Below, piece after piece: positions 1-9,260 of a DNA stretch of 64,000 bases; the stretch's first letter is position 1, and every line of letters begins with the position of its first letter. The stretch covers positions 1,558,788 to 1,622,787 of the forward strand of contig CATOSP010000002.1 of NCBI GenBank assembly GCA_951812625.1, given 5' to 3'. The translations under genes and the position numbers were made by a program. Below the pieces are notes generated by a model that had not been told where the DNA came from, did no database searches, and saw nothing but the letters and a program-made list of their open reading frames with translations. Source of the stretch: an uncultured Dehalococcoidia bacterium. Its GTDB lineage: Bacteria > Chloroflexota > Dehalococcoidia > Lucifugimonadales > UBA3495.

Positions 1-1
1 T

Positions 2-973
2 GCCACGGCTTCCTACGAGGCGAGGGAATACGGTGTGCATTCGGCGATGCCGATGCGCACGGCAGTTCGGCTCTGCCCTCACGGAATTATCGTTCGCCCG
101 CGCTTCGACCGGTACCGGGAAGAGTCCCGGAAAGTTATGTCGATATTTCAAGACTTGACCGACCTAGTCGAACCCCTCTCTCTGGACGAGGCTTACCTTG
201 ACGTGACAGATGCCGTCGAGGGTGGCAATCATCCCATTTCCGTAGCCATCGGCCTCAAGCGCCGGGTCAACGACGAAACAGGTCTGACCCTTTCCGTGGG
301 TGTTGGCAACAGCAAGTCGGTCGCCAAGATCGCTTCAGACCTCCAAAAGCCCGACGGCCTCGTCGTTGTGCCAAAGGGTAGGGAGAAGGAATTCCTGGCG
401 CCTCTGGCTGTGGGCAAGTTATGGGGAATTGGGCCAAAGACCGCGTCCCGGCTCAACGCCGACGGCATCGACACCATCAGTGAGCTTGCGGCCCAGCCCT
501 TCGAATGGTTCCAGCGCCACTTCGGGCAGCGAGCTGAAGAGGTGTGGGCCAGAGCCAACGGTCGGGACTTCCGCGCGGTTCATACCCAGCGGGTGGCCAA
601 GTCCATCAGCGCTGAAACCACGTTCCCTGCCGATGTACACGACTCTGTTGAGCTCGCCGACGTGGTGACTCGGCTATCCGGCAGGGTGGCGCAACAGCTG
701 GCTTCCAAGGACCGCCAAGGTAAGACGGTCACTTTGAAGGCAAGGCTGGCCGACTTCACCACCTTCACCCGGCAGATCACCTTGCCATTTCCGACAGGCT
801 CTGAGGCCACGATAATGGAGATTGCCTTGATGCTCCTGTCCAGAGAATTGGGACAAGGCCGGTCCTTCCGTCTCCTGGGCGTGGGGGTTTCGGGCTTCGC
901 CGACTCGGGTCAGCTTGAACTGCCACTTGTGTGGGAAGGAAACGATACTAACTGGCTCGAACCGGAAACCTGA
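2..973 (+). CDS. dinB: DNA polymerase IV (Y-family), 5-prime truncated by window edge
   Basis: The frame is open to nt 2. Codons upstream of the listed Met read ATASYEAREYGVHSAMPMRTAVRLCP, followed by SLDEAYLDVTD and GVGNSKSVAKIASD. These are classic DinB motifs. Confidence 0.85.
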   Translation, partial: ATASYEAREYGVHSAMPMRTAVRLCPHGIIVRPRFDRYREESRKVMSIFQDLTDLVEPLSLDEAYLDVTDAVEGGNHPISVAIGLKRRVNDETGLTLSVGVGNSKSVAKIASDLQKPDGLVVVPKGREKEFLAPLAVGKLWGIGPKTASRLNADGIDTISELAAQPFEWFQRHFGQRAEEVWARANGRDFRAVHTQRVAKSISAETTFPADVHDSVELADVVTRLSGRVAQQLASKDRQGKTVTLKARLADFTTFTRQITLPFPTGSEATIMEIALMLLSRELGQGRSFRLLGVGVSGFADSGQLELPLVWEGNDTNWLEPET

Positions 974-983
974 TGATCGTAAG

Positions 984-1742
984 TTATCGGAACAGGTCTT
1001 TGTCAGGAGACCTGAGCAGGTCTTCATGAGTGGCGTTCTCCATTGGTTCGTACTCGTACCCTTTGATGATGGAAACGGGCACACCGTCCACCTTTCCAGT
1101 AACCAACTCCGCCATTGCCGCTAGTTCGTCAGCCACGCAGATAACCGTCGTAAACATCATGTTGCCGTGGGCGTCTTCTTGCCCAACGTAGCTCAACAGG
1201 GGGTTGAACCCGGCTACTCCGATGGCAACATTCACCGCTGCGTTCCGCCATGGTCGCCCGAAGGTATCCGAGATAATCACCGCCACATCTACACCAAGCC
1301 GCTCTTTCACCGCGTCCCGGATCCGACGCGCCGAGGCGTCGGGGTCCACTGGCAGCAGAGCCACGGTGTTAGAACCAGGGATGTTGGATGCATCGATGCC
1401 CGCGTTGGCACAGTTGAACCCATGGTAGGTTTCGCTCAGGATGACCCCTCTGTCCATGCGGACGATGCGCCTGCTTTCCCTAAGAATCAACTCGGTGTGT
1501 CGTGGGTCCCTGCGGTGACCCTCAGTAATAGCAATCGCCAGGGGCGAGGCCTCGACCCCTTCGATACTGATAACACGCCCCTCTGTCTTGGACACAATCT
1601 TCTGAGTGACGACGATAACGTCGCCATCATCTATTGCCGTCCCCTGCTCCTCTGCTGCGTCTATGAGTTGTGCCGCTAGGTCATCCCCTTCCCGTACTTC
1701 CGGCATTCCCTGGATTCCGATAACACGGACTTCGGGTGGCAT
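984..1742 (-). CDS. cofE: Coenzyme F420-0:L-glutamate ligase (stand-alone CofE, no FbiB-type C-terminal domain)
   Basis: 252-aa ORF with VVTQKIVSKTEGR, GFNCANAGIDASN and IISDTFGRPWR, as in the CofE / FbiB N-domain family. Confidence 0.85.
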   Translation of the reverse strand: MPPEVRVIGIQGMPEVREGDDLAAQLIDAAEEQGTAIDDGDVIVVTQKIVSKTEGRVISIEGVEASPLAIAITEGHRRDPRHTELILRESRRIVRMDRGVILSETYHGFNCANAGIDASNIPGSNTVALLPVDPDASARRIRDAVKERLGVDVAVIISDTFGRPWRNAAVNVAIGVAGFNPLLSYVGQEDAHGNMMFTTVICVADELAAMAELVTGKVDGVPVSIIKGYEYEPMENATHEDLLRSPDKDLFR

Positions 1743-1919
1743 AATTACCTTCCTGAATTGGATACCGCTATCGTATCACAGCAAGTCAGTCGCCGAGCGG
1801 ATCAGGCGGTGGCAGGGCAACCGAATTCAGTATATCCCGGCAATAGGTCCTATGCTACAATGCCGTTGGCCGAACGCGGGACCCCGCTTCCCAATACGCT
1901 CCAGGAGAGGATTTGTCCA

Positions 1920-2504
1920 GTGACCGCTTCTTCCGATTCTTACAGAAAGAGGGTCTACACGAAGTTTGGCGACAAGGGCGAGACCAGCTTGCTCTATGGC
2001 GGCCGGGTCTCAAAGAACAACCCGCACACCGAGGCCTACGGCATTACGGATGAGGCTGTGTCCGCCATGGGGTTGGCCCGCGCCTTCACATCTGATCGCA
2101 GAGTCCAGGACACATTGCGGGAGTTGCAGCGCGACCTGTTCACAATCGCAGCCGAGTTGGCCACGGACCCAGACAAGTACGACCTGTTCCAGGAGCACTT
2201 CGTCCCGGTGACCGCCGAGATGGTGGAAAATCTGGAAGGCACCATAGACTCACTCGAACAGAACTTCGAGATGCCCAAGGTGTTTATCCTTCCTGGCGGC
2301 TCCCCGGCGTCAGCGGCCATAGACATGGCCCGCTGCATCATCCGTACCGCAGAGCGGCGAGTTGTGGCGGTCAAGGAAGAAGGCCGGCTGACCAACGACC
2401 TGATCATCAATTACCTGAACCGACTCGGTGACCTGCTGTTTGTTCTGGCGCGGTATGAGGACCGCGACCTCCCCTACGAGCGGGCCACCGGACAGCGCGG
2501 GTAA
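1920..2504 (+). CDS. PduO-type ATP:cob(I)alamin adenosyltransferase
   Basis: The ORF spans 1758..2504 with conserved core VYTKFGDKGETSLLYGGRV...TEAYG. A GTG at 1920 follows GAGG by 9 nt and gives a typical ~194-aa protein. ATG 1860 and ATG 1758 are alternative starts. Confidence 0.8.
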   Translation: MTASSDSYRKRVYTKFGDKGETSLLYGGRVSKNNPHTEAYGITDEAVSAMGLARAFTSDRRVQDTLRELQRDLFTIAAELATDPDKYDLFQEHFVPVTAEMVENLEGTIDSLEQNFEMPKVFILPGGSPASAAIDMARCIIRTAERRVVAVKEEGRLTNDLIINYLNRLGDLLFVLARYEDRDLPYERATGQRG

Positions 2505-2510
2505 CTGGTC

Positions 2511-3161
2511 ATGTCAGACCAAGCGAAGGTCGTGGTCATTGACTACCAGTCGGGTAACATCCGCAGTGTGACCCGTGCCTTGGAATCGGTTGGCGTATCC
2601 CCGCTGATCACCGGTGACCCTTCGGAACTACCCGGCGCCGATGCAGTGGTTTTCCCTGGCGTCGGGTCTGGTCCCGCGGCAATGTCGGCTTTAGAGAGCC
2701 GGGGACTAGTGGCCCCGCTTCGTGAGTACGTGGAGTCCGGACGACCTTTCTTGGGAATTTGCCTAGGACTACAACTGCTCCTTGACCGGACCGAAGAGGG
2801 CGACGCGAATTGTCTTGGAATAATTCCCGGGAGTGTCAGACGCCTTCCCGAAGGTCTAAAAGTGCCCCACATGGGGTGGAATAGTGTTACAGTCCAGGCA
2901 GAACATGCGCTGTTGGACGGCATACCTCAGAACAGCCACTTCTACTTCGTACATAGTTACTACGCCTCCCCGTCGGAGTCGTCTTGGGTTGCGGGATCTA
3001 CTGAGTACGGAGTCCCATTCTGTAGCGTCTACGCTCACAGCAACTTGGTGGCCACCCAGTTCCACCCTGAGAAGAGCGGTCCGGTTGGGTTGGTCATTTA
3101 CAGAAACTTCCTCTCAATGATCGAAAAGTCGCGGACTAAGACACTCGGCAGCGTCGCATAG
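2511..3161 (+). CDS. hisH: Imidazole glycerol phosphate synthase, glutamine amidotransferase subunit
   Basis: VVVIDYQSGNIRSV, GVGSGPAAM, LGICLGLQLL (catalytic Cys), PHMGWNSV and QFHPEKSG. Confidence 0.9.
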   Translation: MSDQAKVVVIDYQSGNIRSVTRALESVGVSPLITGDPSELPGADAVVFPGVGSGPAAMSALESRGLVAPLREYVESGRPFLGICLGLQLLLDRTEEGDANCLGIIPGSVRRLPEGLKVPHMGWNSVTVQAEHALLDGIPQNSHFYFVHSYYASPSESSWVAGSTEYGVPFCSVYAHSNLVATQFHPEKSGPVGLVIYRNFLSMIEKSRTKTLGSVA

Positions 3162-3201
3162 CGATCGCCGCCGGGTCCATTCACCACCTTTTGGCATCGG
3201 C

Positions 3202-3936
3202 ATGGAGATAATTCCATCAATCGACTTGAAGGCAGGTCGCTGCGTCCGTCTGTACCAGGGTGATTACCAACGCGAGACTGTGTTTTCCGACGACCCGGCT
3301 ACTGTTGCCCAATCGTGGGAAGACCAGGGGGCGGTGCGTCTGCACCTGGTAGACCTTGACGGTGCGCTGGTCGGCAGTCCCACCCATTTCGAGGCGATCT
3401 CGGCCATCGTCCGCCGGTTGACTATCCCAGTCCAGGTCGGTGGTGGCATCAGGGATATGGACTCCGCCCGACGAGTGATGGAGACCGGGGCTGCAAGGCT
3501 CGTGATTGGCACCGCCGCCGTGGAGAATCCGACACTGGTGGAACGCCTATGCGATTCCTACGGAAGCGAGAGCGTCGTGGTGGCTCTCGACGCCAGAGAC
3601 GGCATGGTTTCTATTAAGGGTTGGCTGGAGCAAACTTCAGCAACTGCCACGGGCCTGGCGAAGCAGATGGCTGATCTGGGGATAGTCAGGGTTCTGTACA
3701 CTGATATATCCCGGGACGGAACTATGACCGAGCCAAACTTCGCCGCCAACGCCGAACTTGTCGGAACAACGGGTCTCGCGGTCCTGGCGTCAGGAGGCAT
3801 CGCCTCGCTCGAGCACATCCGTCGCTTAGCGTCAACCGGAGTAGAAGGAGGGATCGTTGGAAGGGCACTCTATGACGGTACGCTGGACCTGTACACTGCG
3901 ATGGAGGCTGGAGGCGGCCAGAGTGTGATTTGCTAG
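3202..3936 (+). CDS. hisA: ProFAR isomerase (1-(5-phosphoribosyl)-5-[(5-phosphoribosylamino)methylideneamino]imidazole-4-carboxamide isomerase)
   Basis: IIPSIDLKAGRCVRLYQGDY, LHLVDLDGA, VQVGGGIR and ASGGIASLEHI. Confidence 0.9.
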   Translation: MEIIPSIDLKAGRCVRLYQGDYQRETVFSDDPATVAQSWEDQGAVRLHLVDLDGALVGSPTHFEAISAIVRRLTIPVQVGGGIRDMDSARRVMETGAARLVIGTAAVENPTLVERLCDSYGSESVVVALDARDGMVSIKGWLEQTSATATGLAKQMADLGIVRVLYTDISRDGTMTEPNFAANAELVGTTGLAVLASGGIASLEHIRRLASTGVEGGIVGRALYDGTLDLYTAMEAGGGQSVIC

Positions 3937-4006
3937 CACACGTCACATTAGCACGGTGCCGGGAAATTCCCCAACTGGCGTTGTAGATTCGCTCTTGAAA
4001 CCGGCG

Positions 4007-4606
4007 CTACGTTTCGGGTTCTGCTTCCTTCGCTTGGGTGGCCTCACGGTCACGGTAGACGTACCGTTGGTTCAGGCGCTCCTCGGCAAGGGCGTACCAA
4101 TCATCGCGGAGCACTTCCATCCGGACAAAGTCATGGGAAAGACGCCTTACTTGGCGAACAGGCACGAAACCGCACTTCTCGAAGCACCTCTGAGCCCTCT
4201 TATTCCATTCCAAAGTGTGCAAGTAGACCCGTTTCAGCTTACGCTGGTCGAACATGAACTCCAGCAATGTCACGACAGCGTCGTAGCCGAAAGCATTGCT
4301 CCAGTAGTCTCGGTCGCCTAGGACGATACCTAGTTCGGCCTCCATATTAACGCTGTCCAAGTCATAGTACATGCAATTGCCGATGAACTTTCCGTCCAGC
4401 GTTTCAGTGGCGAAGTGGTGGGAACCTGGGGTGGGGTATTTGAGCTGGTCCTGATATGACTTCAGAAACCGTTCGAAAGTCATGGTTAGTGGGTAGGTGG
4501 CGTCCAATCTAGCCAGTTCGGGGTCGCAGCGCCAGATGTAGTCCTGTTCCGCGTCCTCCAGCATCTTATCTCGGAGGACTATCCGTGCACCCCGAAGTGT
4601 AACCAT
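4007..4606 (-). CDS. GNAT family N-acetyltransferase (RimJ/RimL-like)
   Basis: 199-aa ORF. The N-terminus (RGARIVLR) and C-terminal core (RVYLHTLEWNKRAQRCFEKCGF) fit the acetyltransferase fold. Its start lies 1 nt after the NUDIX stop. Confidence 0.7.
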   Translation of the reverse strand: MVTLRGARIVLRDKMLEDAEQDYIWRCDPELARLDATYPLTMTFERFLKSYQDQLKYPTPGSHHFATETLDGKFIGNCMYYDLDSVNMEAELGIVLGDRDYWSNAFGYDAVVTLLEFMFDQRKLKRVYLHTLEWNKRAQRCFEKCGFVPVRQVRRLSHDFVRMEVLRDDWYALAEERLNQRYVYRDREATQAKEAEPET

Positions 4607-4607
4607 T

Positions 4608-5126
4608 TTAACGGTCTCCTATTTGTCTCGATATGAGCTCGCCTGCCTGCCTAAGTACGCCCGCCTCGTTGGGGTAAGCAAGCGTGTCGAGGGCTTCGTC
4701 GAAGGAGAACCACTGTACTACGTCAAACTCGGGATCATGGAGGCCAGTATCACCGCCAACAGGGACCATCAGGTAAAAGTGTACAGTCTTTCGGTACTTT
4801 ACAGAATTCCCCTGGTCTGCAAACCAGTAGGTGATGCTGGAGATGGGCGCCTCCAACTCCACTTCAAGGCCCGTTTCCTCCCGTACTTCCCGCAGGGCCG
4901 TCTCCTCCAGGGTCTCCCCATGGTCGGGAGTCCCCTTCGCCAGGCTCCAGCGGAAATACTCAGGCGGAAGGCGCCCTTCCCGATCCAACCATTCTTCTTC
5001 GCCACTGGCGGTAGAGGATAGAGACCGTCCACAGAGTACGGTCTCTATTCCTTCATCTCCTCGGCGATAGACCACGCCTCCGGCCGACACGAGGGACACA
5101 ACCCTGGGCTTGGATCTCCTACCCAT
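4608..5126 (-). CDS. NUDIX hydrolase
   Basis: Nudix box GTPDHGETLEETALREVREETGLEV. Confidence 0.8.
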   Translation of the reverse strand: MGRRSKPRVVSLVSAGGVVYRRGDEGIETVLCGRSLSSTASGEEEWLDREGRLPPEYFRWSLAKGTPDHGETLEETALREVREETGLEVELEAPISSITYWFADQGNSVKYRKTVHFYLMVPVGGDTGLHDPEFDVVQWFSFDEALDTLAYPNEAGVLRQAGELISRQIGDR

Positions 5127-5262
5127 CAGTTACCTCTTGCGATGTGCCGCCCGGCCCCACACTTGCCCAAGAGCGTGTCGTTGTGCGTGTAGTAATTGAG
5201 CGTGCCACCATGTATGGAAGGTTGTCCCACCCGGCGGGACAAGTTGGCGCCATAAACGCCGT

Positions 5263-5532
5263 TCAGCAGTATCCACCGGCGATTGCCGGCACGAAGTGGA
5301 CCTCGCTGCGTGGCCCTACCTTTTCCAGCATACCCATTCTGGCCACCTCGCCATCGATGGAAACTGCCAGACTGGGCCGAATCTTGCCGCTTTCAACCAG
5401 CCTGTCCTTCACTCCGGGATATTGCAGGTCGAGTCCGTCTATCACTTGACGCACATTGGATGCCTCGATCTCGACCTGCTTGACCCCACCGGTCACCGGC
5501 TGGAGCATCGTGGGGATGAATACAGTTGCCAC
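5263..5532 (-). CDS. MoaD/ThiS/CysO-like ubiquitin-fold sulfur-carrier protein with a 2-residue extension after the Gly-Gly
   Basis: 89 aa. The IPTMLQPVTGGVKQVEI start and ...VHFVPAIAGG end resemble CysO-type carriers. The ORF continues YC-stop after the GG. Confidence 0.75.
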   Translation of the reverse strand: MATVFIPTMLQPVTGGVKQVEIEASNVRQVIDGLDLQYPGVKDRLVESGKIRPSLAVSIDGEVARMGMLEKVGPRSEVHFVPAIAGGYC

Positions 5533-5563
5533 GTCGACAGGCCCTTACACCGGATCGCGCCTG

Positions 5564-6040
5564 CTATTGCCGCATCTGCTGTCCGGCGTCCAGCACTGCG
5601 CGGACTATCTTGTCGTACCCGGTACACCGGCACAGGTTTCCAGCCAGCCAGTGGCGGACCCGGGCCTCATCGGCATCCGGTTCATTATCCAGAAGACCCT
5701 TGGAAGCGACGATGAAACCGGGGGTGCAGATGCCGCACTGCAGGGCGGCGTTTTCCAGGAAAGCCTGCTGGATCGGGTGGAGTCCCTCTGGCGTCGCCAA
5801 GCCTTCGATGGTGGTGATCTCCTTGCCTTGGGCCTCTACTCCCAAAACCAAGCAGGAATCGACGATGCGTCCGTCGAAGAGTACGGTGCAGGCGCCGCAG
5901 TTGCCATCGTTGCACCCTTCCTTGCTGCCAGTCATCCCCAGGACATCCCGGAGACATTCGAGCAAGCTCTGGCGAGGCTCGCAAAGAAAGTTAACCTCAT
6001 CACCGTTGATGGTGGTTTGTACGTGGACTAGTCCGGGCAT
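5564..6040 (-). CDS. Molybdenum hydroxylase small subunit, (2Fe-2S)-binding (CoxS/CutS/XdhC-type)
   Basis: Two cluster motifs: GCNDGNCGACTV and CGICTPG...CRCTGY. Confidence 0.85.
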   Translation of the reverse strand: MPGLVHVQTTINGDEVNFLCEPRQSLLECLRDVLGMTGSKEGCNDGNCGACTVLFDGRIVDSCLVLGVEAQGKEITTIEGLATPEGLHPIQQAFLENAALQCGICTPGFIVASKGLLDNEPDADEARVRHWLAGNLCRCTGYDKIVRAVLDAGQQMRQ

Positions 6041-6043
6041 TCT

Positions 6044-6919
6044 TTATCCCCCTCTGGCTCGTTGTACTGCGTTGTTCAGGGTGCGTCGGGTCAGGACACC
6101 TATCAGGTGCCGCCTCTGTCGGATGGTGCCACGCATATCGTCGATTGGGCTGGACGCCTCAATGGCCAACTCTGAAGCTGCCTGGATCGCCTCATCCGAA
6201 ACCGGCTTGCCTGCCAGGCTGGCGGCAGCTTCGCTTGCGAACACCGGGATAGGTGCAACCGATGCCAGCGAGATGCGAGCTGAGACGAAGTTCTGGCCCG
6301 AATCGTCCAACACCACAGAACTGCCCACACCCGCGATAGCGATATCCATTTCGTTGCGCGGTATGAAACGAAGGTAATTGGCGCCGGCGTGAGGCTGGGG
6401 CGCTGGGAAGTTGATGGAGACGAGCATCTCGTTGTTCTCCAGCACGTTCCTCCCAGGACCTGTGCAGAAGTCCTCCGCGGCCACTTGGCGGGTGCCGTTG
6501 GGTCCGGCGATGTTGCAGACGCCACCAAGGACTATCACCGGTGGGATGGAGTCGCCGCTGGGAGCGGCATTACAAAGGTTGCCACCTATGCTTGCCCTGC
6601 CCTGAATTTGGATTCCGCCGATGAGGGTAGCGGCGTCCATCAGTCCGGGATAGGCATCGGCTACAGTCTGGTTCCCATAGATCCGGTAGCAGGGCGCAGC
6701 TGCGCCCAGGGTGAGGCCGTTTTGAGGATCGTAGGAGATCTCATTTAGCTCCGGAATGCCCTTGGCATCAACTATCAGGTCGAGGCTTCGCCGGCCGCCC
6801 CTGAGTTGCACCAGGATGTCGGTTCCCCCGGCGATCATACGGGCACGGTCCCCATGTTGGGCCAGCAACCCGACGGCTTCGCTTACAGTGGTTGGTGCTG
6901 CGAAATCAATCCATTCCAA
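6044..6919 (-). CDS. Molybdenum hydroxylase medium subunit, FAD-binding (CoxM/CutM-type)
   Basis: IAGGTDILVQLR, GNLCNAAPSGD and the CO-dehydrogenase flavoprotein C-terminal pattern. TTG start preceded by AGGAGGTGG. Confidence 0.85.
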   Translation of the reverse strand: MEWIDFAAPTTVSEAVGLLAQHGDRARMIAGGTDILVQLRGGRRSLDLIVDAKGIPELNEISYDPQNGLTLGAAAPCYRIYGNQTVADAYPGLMDAATLIGGIQIQGRASIGGNLCNAAPSGDSIPPVIVLGGVCNIAGPNGTRQVAAEDFCTGPGRNVLENNEMLVSINFPAPQPHAGANYLRFIPRNEMDIAIAGVGSSVVLDDSGQNFVSARISLASVAPIPVFASEAAASLAGKPVSDEAIQAASELAIEASSPIDDMRGTIRQRRHLIGVLTRRTLNNAVQRARGG

Positions 6920-6939
6920 TTGGCCACCTCCTGTCCGGC

Positions 6940-6948
6940 ATTATAGCA
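6940..6948 (-). promoter_or_regulatory. Candidate extended -10 promoter (TGCTATAAT) for the coxM-coxS-cysO-like operon
   Basis: The minus strand reads gaTGcTATAATgccggacAGGAGGtggccaaTTG. No good -35 element was seen. Confidence 0.3.
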
Positions 6949-7000
6949 TCACATTAGGCGGGTTGGCACCTGCAATTTTCATGCTGGCCAGGTATCGTCC

Positions 7001-8326
7001 TTACCCTGCGGCTGTCGCCTGTTCCGAGGCTGTCCGCCGTGCTGGAAGGCCCGGTCTGCGAGCCAGTCCAAACACAATCGCGCTGGCAACGTAGAGGGGA
7101 ATGAAGGTGATCAACACGATGTCATAAGCACCGGTTGTATCGCGAACCCACCCACTAAATATGGGGGAAACGAAGAGGCCCACGTTGTGGAACACGCTCA
7201 TCAACCCCATGAGGCTTGCGAACTTGCTCCGGCCATAGTAATCCCCCAGCATAATCCAGTTGACGGAACTGACTCCCTCCACTACCGCCAGAGCTAAGAC
7301 AAACAGTATGACCCCAGCGTGACCGTCCAGGAGCAACAGCGCCAGCAGGCCCAGGGCACCGATGTTCAGCCCGCCGAACAATATTTTCCGCGGCGAGAGC
7401 ATTCCCCCCGCGACTCCCATGACAAACCGTAGCGGGATGGCCAGGAAGAACATGACAGACACGTAGACCGACGCCTCACTGGCCGTCAGGCCTTCTCCCT
7501 CCAGCATGGGGAATATGTGTATGATTATGGCGTTGGTTGCCGAAACGCGGGCCACGACCCCCAACAGCATCGCCCAGAAAGTGGTGGTGCGGAGAGCTTC
7601 TTTCACAGTGAAATCCGTGCTGTCTCTCAGCACGGGGCGCTGGCCACCACTCTGTGGACCGCTCTGCGCAGCAGGGGCAACGTCGCCATCCGGACGGAGC
7701 CCCATGTCCTCTGGCCTACTGCGCAAGACAAAGCTGACAGGGACTGTGAGCGCGGACACGAATATACCTACGCAAAGGAGGGTGTCCCGCCAGCCCAGGT
7801 TGGCAATGCCCAGGTGCAGCAACGGCACTACTATAGCCCCGCCTCCGGCAAAAGCGGTCATCAGAGTAGACATGGCCACCGCCTTGCGTCGGATAAACCA
7901 TTGGTTCACAGTTGCCATGAGCGTCTGGCCCAACCCAGCGGTCTTGCCGGTGGACACTATGCCTACGAAAATCACTACCAGTTGCCAGTAGCTGTCAGCA
8001 CGGGAAAGCAGGATCAACCCCACCCCGGCAATCAGGCCACCGAAAAAAATCATTGGGCGCGACCCGAATCTATCCACCATCCATCCGACTATTGGACCTC
8101 CCATCCCACCTTCGGCGCGGGCCAGGCTGAACACCAATGACATGGAGGCATAGCTGATGCCAAGGTCGCGGCGGACCGGTTCGAAGAATATGGGGAACCC
8201 GCTCGAAATTGCGCCGTTGCCAAACATCCCCTGCAGCGACGAGACAAGAACTATCCACCAGCCATAAAAGAGACGGGCAGGGCGACATGCCGCGACAATA
8301 TCATGAAGTTTGATATTGATGTTCAT
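7001..8326 (-). CDS. MFS transporter (oxalate/formate-antiporter-like)
   Basis: 441 aa with about 12 predicted hydrophobic helices and a central hydrophilic loop (RPEDMGLRPDGD). Confidence 0.8.
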   Translation of the reverse strand: MNINIKLHDIVAACRPARLFYGWWIVLVSSLQGMFGNGAISSGFPIFFEPVRRDLGISYASMSLVFSLARAEGGMGGPIVGWMVDRFGSRPMIFFGGLIAGVGLILLSRADSYWQLVVIFVGIVSTGKTAGLGQTLMATVNQWFIRRKAVAMSTLMTAFAGGGAIVVPLLHLGIANLGWRDTLLCVGIFVSALTVPVSFVLRSRPEDMGLRPDGDVAPAAQSGPQSGGQRPVLRDSTDFTVKEALRTTTFWAMLLGVVARVSATNAIIIHIFPMLEGEGLTASEASVYVSVMFFLAIPLRFVMGVAGGMLSPRKILFGGLNIGALGLLALLLLDGHAGVILFVLALAVVEGVSSVNWIMLGDYYGRSKFASLMGLMSVFHNVGLFVSPIFSGWVRDTTGAYDIVLITFIPLYVASAIVFGLARRPGLPARRTASEQATAAG

Positions 8327-8446
8327 TAATTATCGATGATATCGGTGAGGCTGGCCTTGGTCAACGTTGGAGCTTGTCTCCCGACCAACCCAATCGCTGT
8401 GCATAAGCTGGCAAGGTGTCTTTCATAATCCCTTCATAAGGACCCC

Positions 8447-9241
8447 ATGGCAGTTATGAAAAAGCCTTCGGTGCTGGAGTCAATGCTCAAACGGGACCGG
8501 TTGTTGGTAGGCGCAGGGTTAGCCGCTATATCAGCCCTGGCGTGGGTGTACCTTGCCTACGTAGCGCTAGCCCTGCAAGACATGGGAGCGGCGATGGCGA
8601 TGGCCCAGATGGGGTCATGGACCGCTAATGACTTCGCGCTCATGTTCCTCATGTGGTCCATAATGATGGTCGGGATGATGACGCCCACCGCTGCGCCGAT
8701 GATTCTCATGTTTGCGACCATCAACCGTCAGCGCCGCGAAAAAGAGGCTCCGTATGTCCCGACCGGGCTCTTCCTGTCCTCTTACCTGCTGGTGTGGACA
8801 GCGTTCGCAGCCGCGGCCACTCTCGCAAATTGGGGCCTTCACTCCAATAGCATGCTCACTTCCATGATGGGGGAGAGCTCAAGCAGGTACGTGGGCGGCG
8901 GTCTATTGGCAATGGCTGGACTCTTTCAGGTGAGTCCCATAAAGTCGGCTTGTCTCAACCATTGTCGGTCGCCAGTGTCCTTCATAGTGAACGACTGGAG
9001 AGAGGGCCATTTGGGTGCATTTGTCATGGGCTTACAGCACGGGGCCTATTGCCTGGGCTGTTGCTGGGCTCTAATGGGTCTGCTGTTCGTCCTGGGTGTG
9101 ATGAACTTACTATGGATAGCAGCCCTCGCGGTATTCGTCCTCTTGGAGAAAGCCGCACCCGGCGGGCGGGCGATCAGTTGGGTGAGTGGTCTACTGCTTC
9201 TCGCTTGGGGAGGGCTGGTGGCCTCAGATGTGTTGGGATAG
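8447..9241 (+). CDS. DUF2182-family predicted metal-binding integral membrane protein
   Basis: Polytopic membrane protein with the Met-rich segment FLMWSIMMVGMMTPTAAPMILMF typical of DUF2182. No DUF1326 partner is adjacent. Confidence 0.6.
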   Translation: MAVMKKPSVLESMLKRDRLLVGAGLAAISALAWVYLAYVALALQDMGAAMAMAQMGSWTANDFALMFLMWSIMMVGMMTPTAAPMILMFATINRQRREKEAPYVPTGLFLSSYLLVWTAFAAAATLANWGLHSNSMLTSMMGESSSRYVGGGLLAMAGLFQVSPIKSACLNHCRSPVSFIVNDWREGHLGAFVMGLQHGAYCLGCCWALMGLLFVLGVMNLLWIAALAVFVLLEKAAPGGRAISWVSGLLLLAWGGLVASDVLG

Positions 9242-9260
9242 AAGTCTGACTGAGAAGTCG

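Noticed and set aside
5526-6377. 283-aa plus-strand ORF
   Set aside because: It is antisense to the CoxS and CoxM genes. The product is Arg/Ser/Pro-rich with no motif. It is a shadow ORF.
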